This document shows, piece after piece, positions 24,980-37,321 of a stretch of DNA of 64,000 nt. The DNA is taken from the NCBI RefSeq assembly GCF_036971445.1, contig NC_091470.1, positions 349,866,001 to 349,930,000 of the forward strand, read 5' to 3'. The DNA comes from Narcine bancroftii. Taxonomy: Eukaryota. Numbering within the stretch: position 1 is the stretch's first letter; the number at the start of each line of letters is the position of its first letter. Made by a program: the position numbers and the translations under genes. The notes under the pieces were generated by a model, which was not told the DNA's origin, made no database searches, and saw nothing but the letters and a program-made list of their open reading frames with translations.

Positions 24980-25260
24980 AAATTTAATTTAATTTAATTT
25001 AGACATACAACACAGTAACAGGATCCTCCAACCCATGACCCCGTGTTGCCCAAATACCAGAATTAACCTACGACCCCAGTGCGTTTCAAAGGGTGGGAGG
25101 AAATTGGAGAACCCGGAGGAAAGTCACACAGAACAGGGAGAACGTACAAACTCCTTCCAGACAAACCTGGGTCGTTGGCACTGTGATATCATTGCACTTA
25201 CTGCTACACTAACTGTCCCTAACAAACAGTGTTGGCCTCTTAGCTAACCACGCTGCCCCC
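24980..25260 (-). mobile_element. V-domain tRNA SINE
   Basis: ggagtttgtacgttctccc core and (aattt)n tail. Confidence 0.8.
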
Positions 25261-25719
25261 TTTGTTTAGAACATAGGATCATGGTAACGACAAATATACT
25301 GATCTGGTCAACTCATTAAACTTCTGCACTGCATCGGTCGGTCATGGAGGGCTTGGAAAGCTCAGACTGCTCAGGTCAATGTTCTGGACCGGCCATCTTC
25401 AGCTGTTCAATGAACTATCTTCTGTGACGGTCACTGCTGTTCAATTTAATTCTCAACTCTTCAGCAAAAGAAGTATTCCATAGCTGTCAACGGCAAAGTG
25501 GCAGCAACACTCAGGCAAAGGACAAATAAGAGAAAAGCAATACTCATTCCATGAAGATAACCAGCATTTTAAATGATGAGACATTAAACAGCACTCCTAT
25601 TAGCAAGGCAGCACAGTGTCCAGATGCTAGAGCCACTACATCACAGCTGCATAGACCTGGGTTTGATCCTGATATGGCTGTTGCCTCTGTGGAGTTTGCA
25701 CATCATCCCTGTAACCAAA

Positions 25720-26160
25720 GAGCATAGAACATTACAGCCCAGTACAAGCCCTTCAGCTCACAATGTTATGCCTGCCTATATATTCCAAAAAATACTAAAC
25801 TCTCCATACCTCATAACCTCTATTTTTTTTTCATCTTCAATGCCCCTATTGCTCCAGCCTCCACCACCACCCTGGCAATGCATTCCAGGCACCCACAACT
25901 CTGTAAAACACTTAAACCTGATGTCTCCCCTAAACCTTTCTCCCTTCACTTTGTACAGATATCCTCTGGTGTTATGCTCGCCCTGGGAAAAAAAAGGTGC
26001 TGGCTGCCTACCTTTCCTTTCGCCTCAGATAACTTGTAGACCTCTATTAAGTCAACTCTCATCCTTCGTCATTCCAAAGAGAAAAGCCCTAGCTCTACTA
26101 ATCTTGTCTCATAATACTTATTTCCTAATCCAGGCAACATCCTGGTAAACCTCCTCTACA
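25720..26160 (-). mobile_element. CR1 3' end
   Basis: Same sequence family as 18757-19125 and 42700-43075. Confidence 0.85.
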
Positions 26161-26619
26161 AATTTGTTATCATCTGACTATATATAAACCAGACTAAGCC
26201 ACTATTCCCTGGATCACAGAAGACTGCATATACACACATAATACAAAGCTCATCACAATCACATATATACATGAAATCAATATGCATATATATTGTGAAA
26301 TAACATACTCGTTTTGTTTATAACGTAAAGATCCAAGATTCATCACTCTCACAGCCTGTGGGAAGAAGTTCTTTCCTAGCCTGGTGGTCCTGTACCTCCT
26401 CCCTGATGGTAGCAGGTCAAAGTTCCTGTGTGATGGATGGTAGATATCCTCGATAACACCACGAGTTTCTTCCTGATGATCTGGTTTCAGCTTCCATTCC
26501 AAAGACCGATGACTTGGATTGCCCTCTGTCTGAAGATGTGGAGCAGAATCTAGTAGAATTGATCGGAATCTGGGGGAATTTTTTAAAAAAATGTGCGGGA
26601 CTGTGTCGTATGCCCGCAC

Positions 26620-27200
26620 AATTTCAGATTCATTGTCAGAGAACATACATGATACCACATACAACCCTGAGATTCTTTTTCCTGCGGACAAGGCAGAATT
26701 AACACTTATTAGCAGTGCAAAAAAAAAGCTGTGCACAATGTAGACATGTAAACATATAATGAAATGTAAGCAAACTGACTGTGCAATACAGAGAAAAATA
26801 ACAATAAAGTGCAAAATTAAGAGTTCTTAAATGAGTTCCTGATTGAGTTTGTTGTTGAGGGATCTGATGGTGGAGGGGGAGCAGCTGTTTCTGAACCTGG
26901 TGGTGTGAGTCTTGTGGCATCTCTACCTCTTTCCTGATGACAGCAGTGAGAACATAGCGTGCGCTGGGTGGTGTGGATCTTCAATTATTGCTGTTGCTCT
27001 CCCTCAGCAACATTCCAGTAGATATTCTCAATGGTGGAGGGGGTTTTACCTGCGATGTCCTGGGCTGTGTCCAGTACCATTTGCAGGGATTTATATTCAG
27101 GGATATCGGTGTCCCTGTGATGCAGCCGGTCAGCTCACTTTCCACTATACATCTGTAGAAATTTGACAGATTTTTGGTGTCATGCCAAACCTCCACAAAC
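26620..27200 (-). mobile_element. Rex1/Babar LINE 3' fragment
   Basis: NFYRCIVESELTGCIT motif; tail homologous to 21810-22246. Confidence 0.85.
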
Positions 27201-27289
27201 GCCCAAAATAGGTAAGCCCCTCACCTCAAAAGCCCAGTCAGGGCAGTGGATGCATTACTATTGTTGAATAATTCAACCGGACTAGCCAG

Positions 27290-27780
27290 ATGACTAAATA
27301 AAAAAGTCCAAAGACTGCATATCCTGCAGCAGATGACTTGCCAATGTCAGCCCAACACTTTCCACTTCATACCAGGCACGCGTCTGCAATATGATGGAAT
27401 ATTGTGCATTTGCTTGGATGAGTGCAGTTCCAACAATATTTGAGAAGCACAGCACCATCAATGAGAAATCAACCAACTTGCTTGACAGCCCATTCACCAT
27501 TCTAGCCATTTATTTCTTCTAAACCATTGCACTGGGATCCAGCTGCACCAGGCATTGGAATTATTTGTCTTGGCTACTCTGGGAGTACCTCTGTAACCAG
27601 TACCCTGAGTACAGCATGCATATGAAGACTGCAGATCACCTTCATGTTGCACATCACCCTGATTGATGCAAGTATATCACATATCTTTCATTTCAGCCGC
27701 TTAAAAATCCTGGAACTTTGTAGTACAAGTGCTTTCACCAGATGGACTGCAGCAGTTCAAAGATGGTGGCTTCTTGAAAT
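27290..27780 (+). mobile_element. Old L2/CR1-group LINE 3' fragment
   Basis: YQARVCNMMEYCAFAWMSAVPT resembles the QVRSVMEYSPLAW motif; tail resumes at 28022-28080 after a SINE. Confidence 0.6.
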
Positions 27781-27784
27781 TAAA

Positions 27785-28021
27785 AATAAATTTATAGGTA
27801 ACAGACCCTTCCTACCCACAAGCCCGTGCCACCCAATTACACTCAATTGACCTACAACCCCTGTACATTTTGAAAGATGGGAGGAAACACTGAGCACCTG
27901 GAGGAAACCCACGCAGACACGAGGAGAATGTACAATCTCCTTACAGACAGCACATGCTTTGAACCCAGGTCGCTGGCGCTGTAATAGTGTTGAGCTAACC
28001 AGTATGCCAACCATGTCACCC
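27785..28021 (-). mobile_element. V-domain tRNA SINE
   Basis: Head ggtgacatggttggc; core tctgcgtgggtttcctccaggtgctc. Confidence 0.85.
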
Positions 28022-28084
28022 TTCTTTATTGGGAATAGCACACGCTGGCTTGGTCACATACTAAAAAATGAATAATAAAACCGT

Positions 28085-28950
28085 TCTTCCTTTTTCAATC
28101 TTCTTATTAATCAGAGGTAAATAATACATGAGGAGAATAGGAGTACATGATCATTAAAAGAAAATAACACTATATGACATCATATGATATAACATATTGC
28201 ATTACACCACAATTAACGAATATGTTCTTATCTCTTCAAACTGAAATCTTCAAAAACAAAATTATAATATAAAACCACACATAATCTAAAAAAATAGAAA
28301 AAGACTGAGAATTTATTAATAAAATTTAATCATCTGGTCTTCACCAACAAAGAGAAAAGAAAAAAAAAATAGTCCGGAAGGGAAATGGATCTAGTAACTC
28401 AGTCATGTGGAAGTAATTTATGAAAGGTCGCCAAGTCTTTTCAAATTTAACAGATATATCAAATATGCAATTCCTAACTTTCTCTAAACTAAAACATGAC
28501 ATAATTTGAGAGAGCTACTGAGTCAATGTAGGATCTTTCCATTTAAATAAGAAGGCTCTTCTAGCCAACAATGTAGAAAAGGCAACAACCCGATATGTGG
28601 AAGTGGGAACTCATCCCACATCCGGAAGAATAATTCCAAAAAGAGCAGTCAGTGGTTTAGGTTGAAAACTGAAATCCAGTATAGCTGCCAAAATCTTAAA
28701 AATATCTATCTGATACCTCTCCAATATAGGGCATGACCAAAACATACGAATTAGAGAAGCCACTTCTGATTTACATCTATTACAAGTAGGAATAACGTTA
28801 GAAAAAATACGGGCCTATTTGTCTTTTGACATATGACCCCTAAGTACCACTATAAACTGAATCAAAGAATGACGAGTGCATATTGTAAAGGTATTAACCA
28901 ATCCAAAGATCTTCTCCCATAATTCCTCTGGAAGATGTAACTGAAGTTCC
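28085..28950 (-). mobile_element. L1 3' fragment
   Basis: ORF2 C-terminal CNRCKSEVASLIRMFWSCP zinc-knuckle motif and LARRAFLFKWK. Confidence 0.85.
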
Positions 28951-28964
28951 TAAGAAAATCTTTT

Positions 28965-29230
28965 TTTTTAATTTAAATATTTTTTGTAAATTTAAAGTTA
29001 AATTTAGTCATAACAGGCCATTTCAGCCCACGTCCAAATTACTCCCAATTAATCTACAAGCCCCGGTACGTTTCAAACGGTGGGAGGAAAATGAAGTCCA
29101 TGCGGAAAGCCCATGCAGACACAAGGAGAAAGTATAAACTCCTTACAGACAGTGCAGGATGTGAACCCGGTCCCAATCGCTGGCGCTGTAAAGGCATTGC
29201 GCTAACTGCTACACCAACCGTGCCACCCCT
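28965..29230 (-). mobile_element. V-domain tRNA SINE
   Basis: gggtggcacggttggtgtagcagttagcgc head plus V core. Confidence 0.85.
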
Positions 29231-29446
29231 TGTACATGAACTTCAGAGAGCAGATCATTATTCAAATTCGACAACTTGGGCCGGCATGATACTGCTGTTT
29301 AAAAATCCTGGAACCACTATGCGAACCATGCCGCTTTTCTTTATTGGGGCTAACATGGGTTGGCTTGGCCATGTACTAAAAAATGAATTTAAAAATCTTG
29401 TGCATCAACTTGAGAGAGCAGATCAGTATTTAACTTTGGCAACTTG

Positions 29447-29700
29447 GGGTGGCACAGTTAGCGAAGCAGTCAGCGCAACTCTGTTACAGTACTAGCAATC
29501 GGGACATGGATTCGAATCCCGCGCTGTTTGTATGGAGTCTGTATGTTCTTCCCATGTCTGCATGGGTTTTCCCCGGTTTCCTTCCACTGTTCCTGGGAGT
29601 TGCAGGTCAATTGGGTGGCACAGGCTCTTGGGCCGAAATGGCCTGTCACCCTGTTGTATGTTTAATTTTAAATTTAACTAATTTCAAATTTAGAAAATTT
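29447..29700 (+). mobile_element. V-domain tRNA SINE
   Basis: gggtggcacagttagcgaagcagtcagcgc A-box region and ggattcgaatccc B-box. Confidence 0.85.
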
Positions 29701-30449
29701 AACAGGACAGTACTCCCATGTGATTGGAAAGTGATGAGGCAGTAGCATCCTGGAAGAGATGCCATGTTCTGTGCTGGTGGGAAAGTTGTCTGTCCGGCTG
29801 CTGTCCACGCCCAGACATCAACTTTGCGATGCATTATCAAGTCCAGCTACTGCCTTTGGTCACAGTGCTGAGCATCTCCTGACTTCTTTGCTGGCTTGTA
29901 AACACTGGACTTCAGATCACATCATGTGGTCAAGTGCCATGCAGTTTGGCAATGCAAAGCCTCAAAGCCATGTCAAGAGCACAATTTATAGACCATTGGA
30001 TGACGGTGAAGATCAAATAGCACCAAGCTCAGCCTCAGTTGACTAGAAGAATTTATGTGGTTTTATGACATCTGCAGCAACCAATTGCTGAGGGAACGTG
30101 ACCAAGAAAGAGAACTCAGCAGAGAAAGGTTAAAGAATAAATATGGTCTCAATTTGATAGCTGCATGGATACGGAGCATATTTGAATATAAATAACAAAC
30201 GATTGAAAACGTCAAGTCCTTTAAACAATGAACATGACAGCACAGTACAGGCTCTTCAGCCAGCACTTTCTTATCAAAAATATACTGAACCCTTCCTACC
30301 TCGTAACCCTCTATTTTTCTTTCATCCTCTTAAATGTCCCCAATATTTCTACCTCCACTTCCACCCCTGGAAAGACATTCTCGCCACTCAGAACTCTCTG
30401 TGTAAAAGAAAAACTTACCCCTGAAGTCTTCCCTAATCGTAATAAATAT

Positions 30450-30860
30450 CTCTAATGACCTGACGTGGGACAATCACGTTGATGCGATGGTCAAGAAAGC
30501 GTAACATTGCGCCACAACTGAGAAGACTTAGAACATCAAGCATGGCCCCCTTGTCTGTCAAAAATTTCTACAGATGCCCCATTGAAATCATATTCGCTGG
30601 ATGCGCCGGAGAGGGTAAGGGAGCTGCTCTGCTTAAGATTAGAAGCTGCAGAAGGTTGTGAATGCAGATCAAAACATATTGCAAACTTATCTCCATTTAC
30701 TCCAGCTGCATCTCTCGCTGTCCATGAAAGGTAGCCATCACACCTGGTCTCACTCTTCTTCATCCCATTGGGCAGAATGTTTAAGCACCAAAGGCTTAAA
30801 TATAGTTCATTCCCTGCAGGCTTCATCAGGCTCCTAAATGAACCCCAAACAGTGCTATCA
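30450..30860 (+). mobile_element. Decayed Rex1/Babar fragment
   Basis: LRRLR...NFYRCPIEIIFAGC motif. Confidence 0.7.
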
Positions 30861-31535
30861 GGCTGGCTGAGCTTGGTGCTATTTGATCTTCACCGTCATC
30901 CAATGGTCTATAAATTGTGCTCTTGACATGGCTGTAAGTATATCAGAGATAGTGTATTAGTCTGTTTGCAGAAGAACCCGTCTCACTCTACTTGATATTT
31001 TGTGACAAACTGAAATTGAAAAGTTGAATGCCCTTTCTATGTTATATATTGAAGGCAAATTGAGATATTGCAAAACAAAAGTTGTGCTAAAGTTTTCAGT
31101 GTACCGTTGAACTGTTCATACTTTTGTAATTAATTTATTTTTGGCATGAAACCAGTTCACCATAGCAATAATTTCAATCTGTTGGAATTGCAATTAAAAA
31201 GCATCAAACAATTTAGAGCAATTGAGTTAATTCTGTTTTTTTTTGTTTGATCTCACCACTAACAATCTGCCTTTGTACCCAGCTCACTTATTGCTTTTCA
31301 AACCAGTTATCTCCCTGACCTGAAGCTAAATTTCATGCCCTTGTAAGTCTTGTGCAACTGCACTGAGCTGAACTAATTCAGCACAGACTGGGAATTGAAT
31401 CTGGGGCATTCTTGGCTTGTTACCCTTGGTACTGCACCAGGAAGCAATCTTACCAACTGTCAGTGTTTGTAATTGATGTTTGTGTCCTTGAAGTTTGAAT
31501 GTTGAGCAGGGTAGAATGAAGCTGGCTATACTCAC

Positions 31536-31799
31536 CTGGGATAGAGTTACAGAAGTCAGCCGATATCCAGTTTAGCCCAACTTGCAAGTGACTTGGGAAC
31601 TGTTTGACTGGCTTCACTGAGAGCAAAACCTTCTTCGTTCTAAACGTGAACAGATCAGAATCAGAGAAAGGGAAAGACCTTTCAGAAGAGTTTATCTTGC
31701 AGCACTCCACCACCAAACCACCCAATGCAACTTGTAGAACATTATTTGCATCCTCAGTCTGGTTGTACAGGCAGTGATTGAAGAGTGGCACTTTAGTCT
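31536..31799 (-). other. Candidate internal coding exon (264 nt, phase 1-1), unidentified
   Basis: ctgccAG acceptor, CAG|GTGAGT consensus donor, 88 open codons (TKVPLFNHCLY...SADFCNSIP) in non-repetitive sequence. Confidence 0.3.
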
Positions 31800-32966
31800 C
31801 TGGCAGTAGTAATAGGAACCATTATTCTTGAAACGTATTACAGCTCTCTGTCATAACACAACTGCTACCTCCACCCGCTTCAGTTTTGCTGATTTACTGC
31901 CACATATGAAAGGATATGATTCATGTCAGATGAGAAAGATTTGCCATGAAATTAGCTAGATATCATAATAAACAAAGCCTGCAGTGTGGTTCCCTTCTTA
32001 TTGTGTTAGCTCTGAGATGCAAAATGTTACTCTCTAAAGGAAGATGGGGATGAGTGATATGCATGATAAATATTTACCGTAAGACAGATGGCAGCCCCAT
32101 CTTTTAAAGTCATTAATCGTTGACATAATCCCACATAATCCTGGTTACAGAGCTCCGCTGTGCAGCCTTATGTTCATCTGTTTTCATTCAGCTTCGTCTA
32201 GTTTTTGTAGCTGTCGTCTGTTTGAAGGTTCTTTACAGATTACCTTATTTGATTTTTTTTTGAACTCCGGGCCCAGAATTTGTTATACTTCATTGAATGC
32301 TTTTTTTTCCTGAAAATTACAAAGTTAATTTGAGGGCAAAGAACAGGACCGCCTCACACTTGCGACACTTTGAAATGGGGTCAGCATTCTTGGGGAGGTT
32401 GGACGAACACACTTGCAAATTCCCACCAGCCAAAAAAAGGCAAGTGGACCATTCAACTGTTTTTTTTTCTTGTTGGACTTTGTTGGGGAAGCACTTCTCT
32501 CCTGGAGATCCTCTGCTTTCAAAATAAAAATGCCCGAGGATGTCTGCATTCTTAGGATAATATTATCTTTTTGCTATCTCAAATACAGGATGGTTCACTC
32601 AGTGTTGTGTTTTTTTTTATTGACTAAGAACTGTGTCAAAACGCCTGCCAAATATTTGCGGTGAAGATGTAGTGTGGCATTAAAATATGCAGGTGTCTGG
32701 CTCAAGGGCAAGAGTTCTTCCATTTGGCCTGATTCTCAACTACATGCCTAGACGAGATGGAGAAAGCCTGCCCCGTTTGTGTGTGAAGTAGGTATCCAGT
32801 GCATGCCTTTTAAAATTCCTCAAAACAGACTTCTAAGAGGAAGAAAAGAAGGCATTCATCTTACTTTAAAAATAATTAATTATGGTTAAAAGGCAGACAG
32901 ATGAGGTATATTTTTTCTTTTGTTGAAAAGCAATGAAAAGGGTGGTCATTTGTATTAGTCACAGCT

Positions 32967-33030
32967 TCTTTGGCTTGGCTTCGCGGACGAAGATTTATGG
33001 AGGGGTAATGTCCACGTCAGCTGCAGGCTA
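32967..33030 (-). mobile_element. 64-bp RTE 3' terminal insertion with 11-bp TSD
   Basis: ttctttggcttggcttcgcggacgaagatttatggagggg; TSD TAGTCACAGCT at 32956-32966 and 33031-33041. Confidence 0.9.
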
Positions 33031-34338
33031 TAGTCACAGCTATGGACAAAATAAACTACATATTTAAATTTTGAATTATGATATTGATGCACTATCAGTT
33101 ACCACAAAAGTCTGAGGTTGTGAAACTGATAGGCTTTTATTGACTACAAACTGGAACACCAACCAACCTCATCAACTGATCAAGGCAGGAAGACTGGGGA
33201 GCATACAAGGGGTAAAGGGTAGGATCGGTCTCAGCCGGTAGAGGCCAATCATGGTATAAGAGTGGTTTACCACAGACATACAGCACGGTAACAGGCCCTT
33301 TTGGCCCACGAGCCCATGCCAACCTACATCCCCCGGCACATTTTTTAACAGTGGGAGGAAACCGGAGCACCCAGAGGAAACTCACACAGACACGGGGAGA
33401 ATGTACGAATACTAATTTTAAACTTTAATATTTTTTACCTACATATATATATTCTGTAATTCCATAAATCGAGATGAAGGTTCTGATTCTCTGACATGCA
33501 AAATAGGGGGGACGGCTCACCTTTTTCCAAGGGCAAGAGTAGCAAACCCCTAAAGGACATCTGTACAAGGTGAGTGGAAGAAAGTTTAAGGGCGATGTAA
33601 AGAATAAGTTTATGACACAATGGGTAGGGGGTGCCTAGAATGCGTTGCCACAGGTGGTGGCGGCGGCTGGTACAATAGGGGCATTAAAAAGCTCTTAAAC
33701 AGGCATGTGGATTCAAGGAAAATAGAGGTGAGACGTTGGGAAGGATTAGTTTATTGAGTAGTTTGACAGAGCATCATGGGCCGAAGGGCCTGTTCTGTTC
33801 TATTTTGAACAAATTATTGTTCAGTGCAAATCAACAGAAAGATTATTCTTGTAACATCATTCCAATGAGAAATGTTTTCCTTTATTTGTTTCCTTTGCCT
33901 GCTACCTCACAAGGAACTGGTGACCTCTGACATCCAATTTCATGCATTTTGATTTTCATTAAGAATCTGTTACAGAGGTGTGTCAAATGCTTTTATTATC
34001 CATAATAAAATGGCATTCTATATTAAAAACAATATTCAACATTATTGTGTCCTCCTCAGAAAATGGATTTTGACTTAGTGAGGCACGCCTCTCTTTGATC
34101 GGATCGTACCTGTTTAAATGCAGCTGGGTAAAATATGCCAATATGTCACACTATAACATTCTGAAAAAAAAAGGAAGATATCACAATTGGGGGTGATGCA
34201 GTTCGTATAATGCTGTACAGACCTTCATCTCGATTTGCCTAAGCCAACCAATTTTACAATGAAAACAAGTCCCATTTGCCTGAATTTGGTCCATATCCCT
34301 CAAAAAACCATTCATATGCATCTACTTCTCGAAGTGTA

Positions 34339-34551
34339 CAGTAAAATCCTCATTATCAGGAATTCAAGCAATTACCAGCCTCAAGCAACTGGCAAAAAAA
34401 AATTATAGAATATATATGTAGGTAAAAAATATGAAAGTTTAAAATTGAGTTATTTTGCCAATCACGCCACATGCAATCTCAAGCAATTGGAAATTTCACT
34501 TATTTGGCATCTACCAATCCCCAGAGGTGCCGGATATCAAGGGTTTTACTG
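34339..34551. mobile_element. Tigger/pogo-like MITE
   Basis: TA-CAGTAAAATCCT...AGGGTTTTACTG-TA; inserted in a decayed minus-strand CR1 (about 34200-35300). Confidence 0.85.
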
Positions 34552-37321
34552 TATTTTAAACATTGTATTTGTATAGATCTCTACCACTTCCATACTCTGT
34601 ATGCAAAAGGATGCCCTTCACCTTCCTTTCAAACCTATACCAACTAGTTTTAGACTGCCCTCGCCTGGGGATAATTTGTGTTATGTGTGCAGCTGATAAT
34701 TTTATATCTCTCTATATCCTTCAGCCTCTTACGTTGTAGATAATACAATCCCAGTCTAACCAGCCTTTCCTTATAACTCAAACCATGATCCCTGGTAACA
34801 TCCTCCTGAACCTTTGCTGAATGCCATATAATCTGCAACTGAGTAATCCGAACTCTGGATAATATCCCCGTGCAATATCCAAGCACAGTTGTAAATGACA
34901 TTCCAACTCCTGTTTTTAATACCCAACCAAAGAAGACAAGCATGCCAAGCACTTTCCTCACCACCCTATCCATCTGTGTCATCACCTTCAAGGAAGGGGC
35001 CCCTGGTTCTTTCTGTTCTACAGCCTTCTTCAGGCCCTAGCCATTTACGGTTTGTAATTTACCCTGGTTTATTCTACCAAAATGCAACCACTTATGCTTG
35101 TCCATCTGCCAGTCCACTTTACCAGTTCAACTTGATCAAAGCATAATCTTAGTTAACCTTCACTGTCCACTCTACCTCCAACTTGCTTGCCGTACATTGT
35201 CATTCAAGTCATTAACATAAATGATAAACAACACGATTCCCTGTTGCATGCCGCTGGTCACAGGCCTCCAACCTGAATTGATGACTGCCATCAAATCAAT
35301 TCTATATCCAACTGGACAGCTGAGCTACCTTATACAATAAAAGATTATGTATTCATGTCTTTTGAGACAGTGGGCTTAAGTTGTCTACACAAAGAAAGTG
35401 TTTCTAAGCAATTTCATTGTCTTCAGTGAGTGGAATTAGTAGCAGCAGGATAAAATTCGTGTGAGGTTATTCTCTTTTATCAGCATTGGAACAGGCGGTA
35501 AATTGTGGTCTTGCCAGTGATGCTCACTTCCCAGAGATGAATTAAAAAATAATTCAAAATCTTCCTTAATCATGAGAGAAATTGAGTTATGGTGGATTAA
35601 AGGAATATAGAAAATTCAAGAGAAGTTAATATAAAGTTCAAAAGCAATCAAAAAATATTAGTCTTTACTTCCATTTCTGTTGAACTGAGTAGTTGGAATT
35701 CTTCTCTTCTATGTAGATGACCACTTTGCAGACAATTTTATTTATTATTTTGGCTTTCCATCATCTGCAGTTTTTTTTTAAATCTTGTGGTGATTTGAGT
35801 ACAAAGAAGAAGTGTGATCCAAGGGATCTTGGTCAATCTCATCGGGGTCCCTCTTTCAGCCTTGGGATCTGTCCCACCAAATCAGAATATTGGAGATGAA
35901 GCAGGATCACACATACCCCTTGGATTGATGAATGATTAAAATACAAGGGTTTTTTTTTTAAATCTACTTATTTATTTATTTTAAAATCGGCCAAATTATT
36001 TTTTTTCTTGTTCTTGTGGAATCCAGAACAAGGAAGGCATAACTTCAAAATTAATACTAAGCCATTTAGCAGTGGTTGACTGGATCACTTTTTTCACACA
36101 ACAAGCCAGTAGGTTATCTGGAATCATTTGCTTTTTATGACCATTGAAAGCTGGAACTTGATCCTGAACATCTCTGTGGATGCCAGATCATTGATTAAGT
36201 GCAATCAGTTCTTGTTAGTTGAGGAGGCCAAAGTAATACAGAGAAAAGTCGGCTGAATTAGGTGGCTGAATGGATTAAAGAAGCCAAATGGCCTACCAAT
36301 GTTGCAGTGCAACACTCACCCATGTAACATGAGAAATTTAACAATTTTACCGGTTTTTTAGAAAATTTCAAGATGCCATAAAGAAGTGGGATTGGTATGA
36401 AAATCTTTAGCAACGAGATGAGAATTTTTTTATCCAGAGAGTTACAGTGCTACAATTTTATAATCAAGAAATAGGTCTATAAGTCTCAGTTTTTTTAACA
36501 GATCTTTATCTTCCTTAAGAATAACTGTTATAATTACAATGGAAAAATAATTTGGTAAAGAATGAACCTCCATTGCTTGTTTTAACACATCCAACATTAT
36601 TCTTATTAGGTAAATCTTCGTCCGCGAAGCCAAGCCAAAGAAAAAAAAATGTTGAAATGCTGAGTTTGATTTTGAGGTTGACTAAGTATCAAATTGCGTA
36701 TTCAAAAAACAATAGAGAGTTACAGTGCAAACAGTCAAGTTCCAATTTGGTTTTTGTTGCTCCAATCTGTGACTTGAAGAAGGCAAAATGAGGAGAGTGT
36801 ACAACCCAGTCTGTCTCCTGATTGGCTCTTTTTCTTTAACCATACAATGGACCTTTCTTACTCTATAATGTGAGCTGCCACCAAAAGTTGGCAGCTGCAA
36901 ATGCCAAAAGCAAAACTTCAGCCCGCAGCAATTGGCTAAGCTGAATATTGTGTGCTTTGTTACAGTCATTTGTGAAGTTTTCTTTATTATAAAATGCTCT
37001 AGCAGAAACAAGATTCCAGTTAGGTCATTGTAGAGGGTATAGTGGGGACCAGATGAATCAAAAACAATAGAGAAGGAAGAAATATAATTGAAGAGAGACA
37101 TTTCACTTCCAACATTGTCAATATAAAAAAAATCCCTGAAGAAATTTGGTGAACAAAAATGGCTGATGTATAATATCTTAAACAATGTATCTCACTTACC
37201 CAGTTGTTAAACTAAATTTTTTGTTTTATTGAAAATTCATACAATCATGGCAATATAACAATACAACATGACTTGGAAACAGGATACAAACCACTTATGA
37301 TACAAGGCGCTATGGTTAAAA

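Noticed and set aside
36682-37211. 167-aa ORF and a strong GTAAGT donor at about 37199
   Set aside because: Low-information peptide; the sequence upstream of the donor is an A-rich L1-like tail with no pyrimidine tract.
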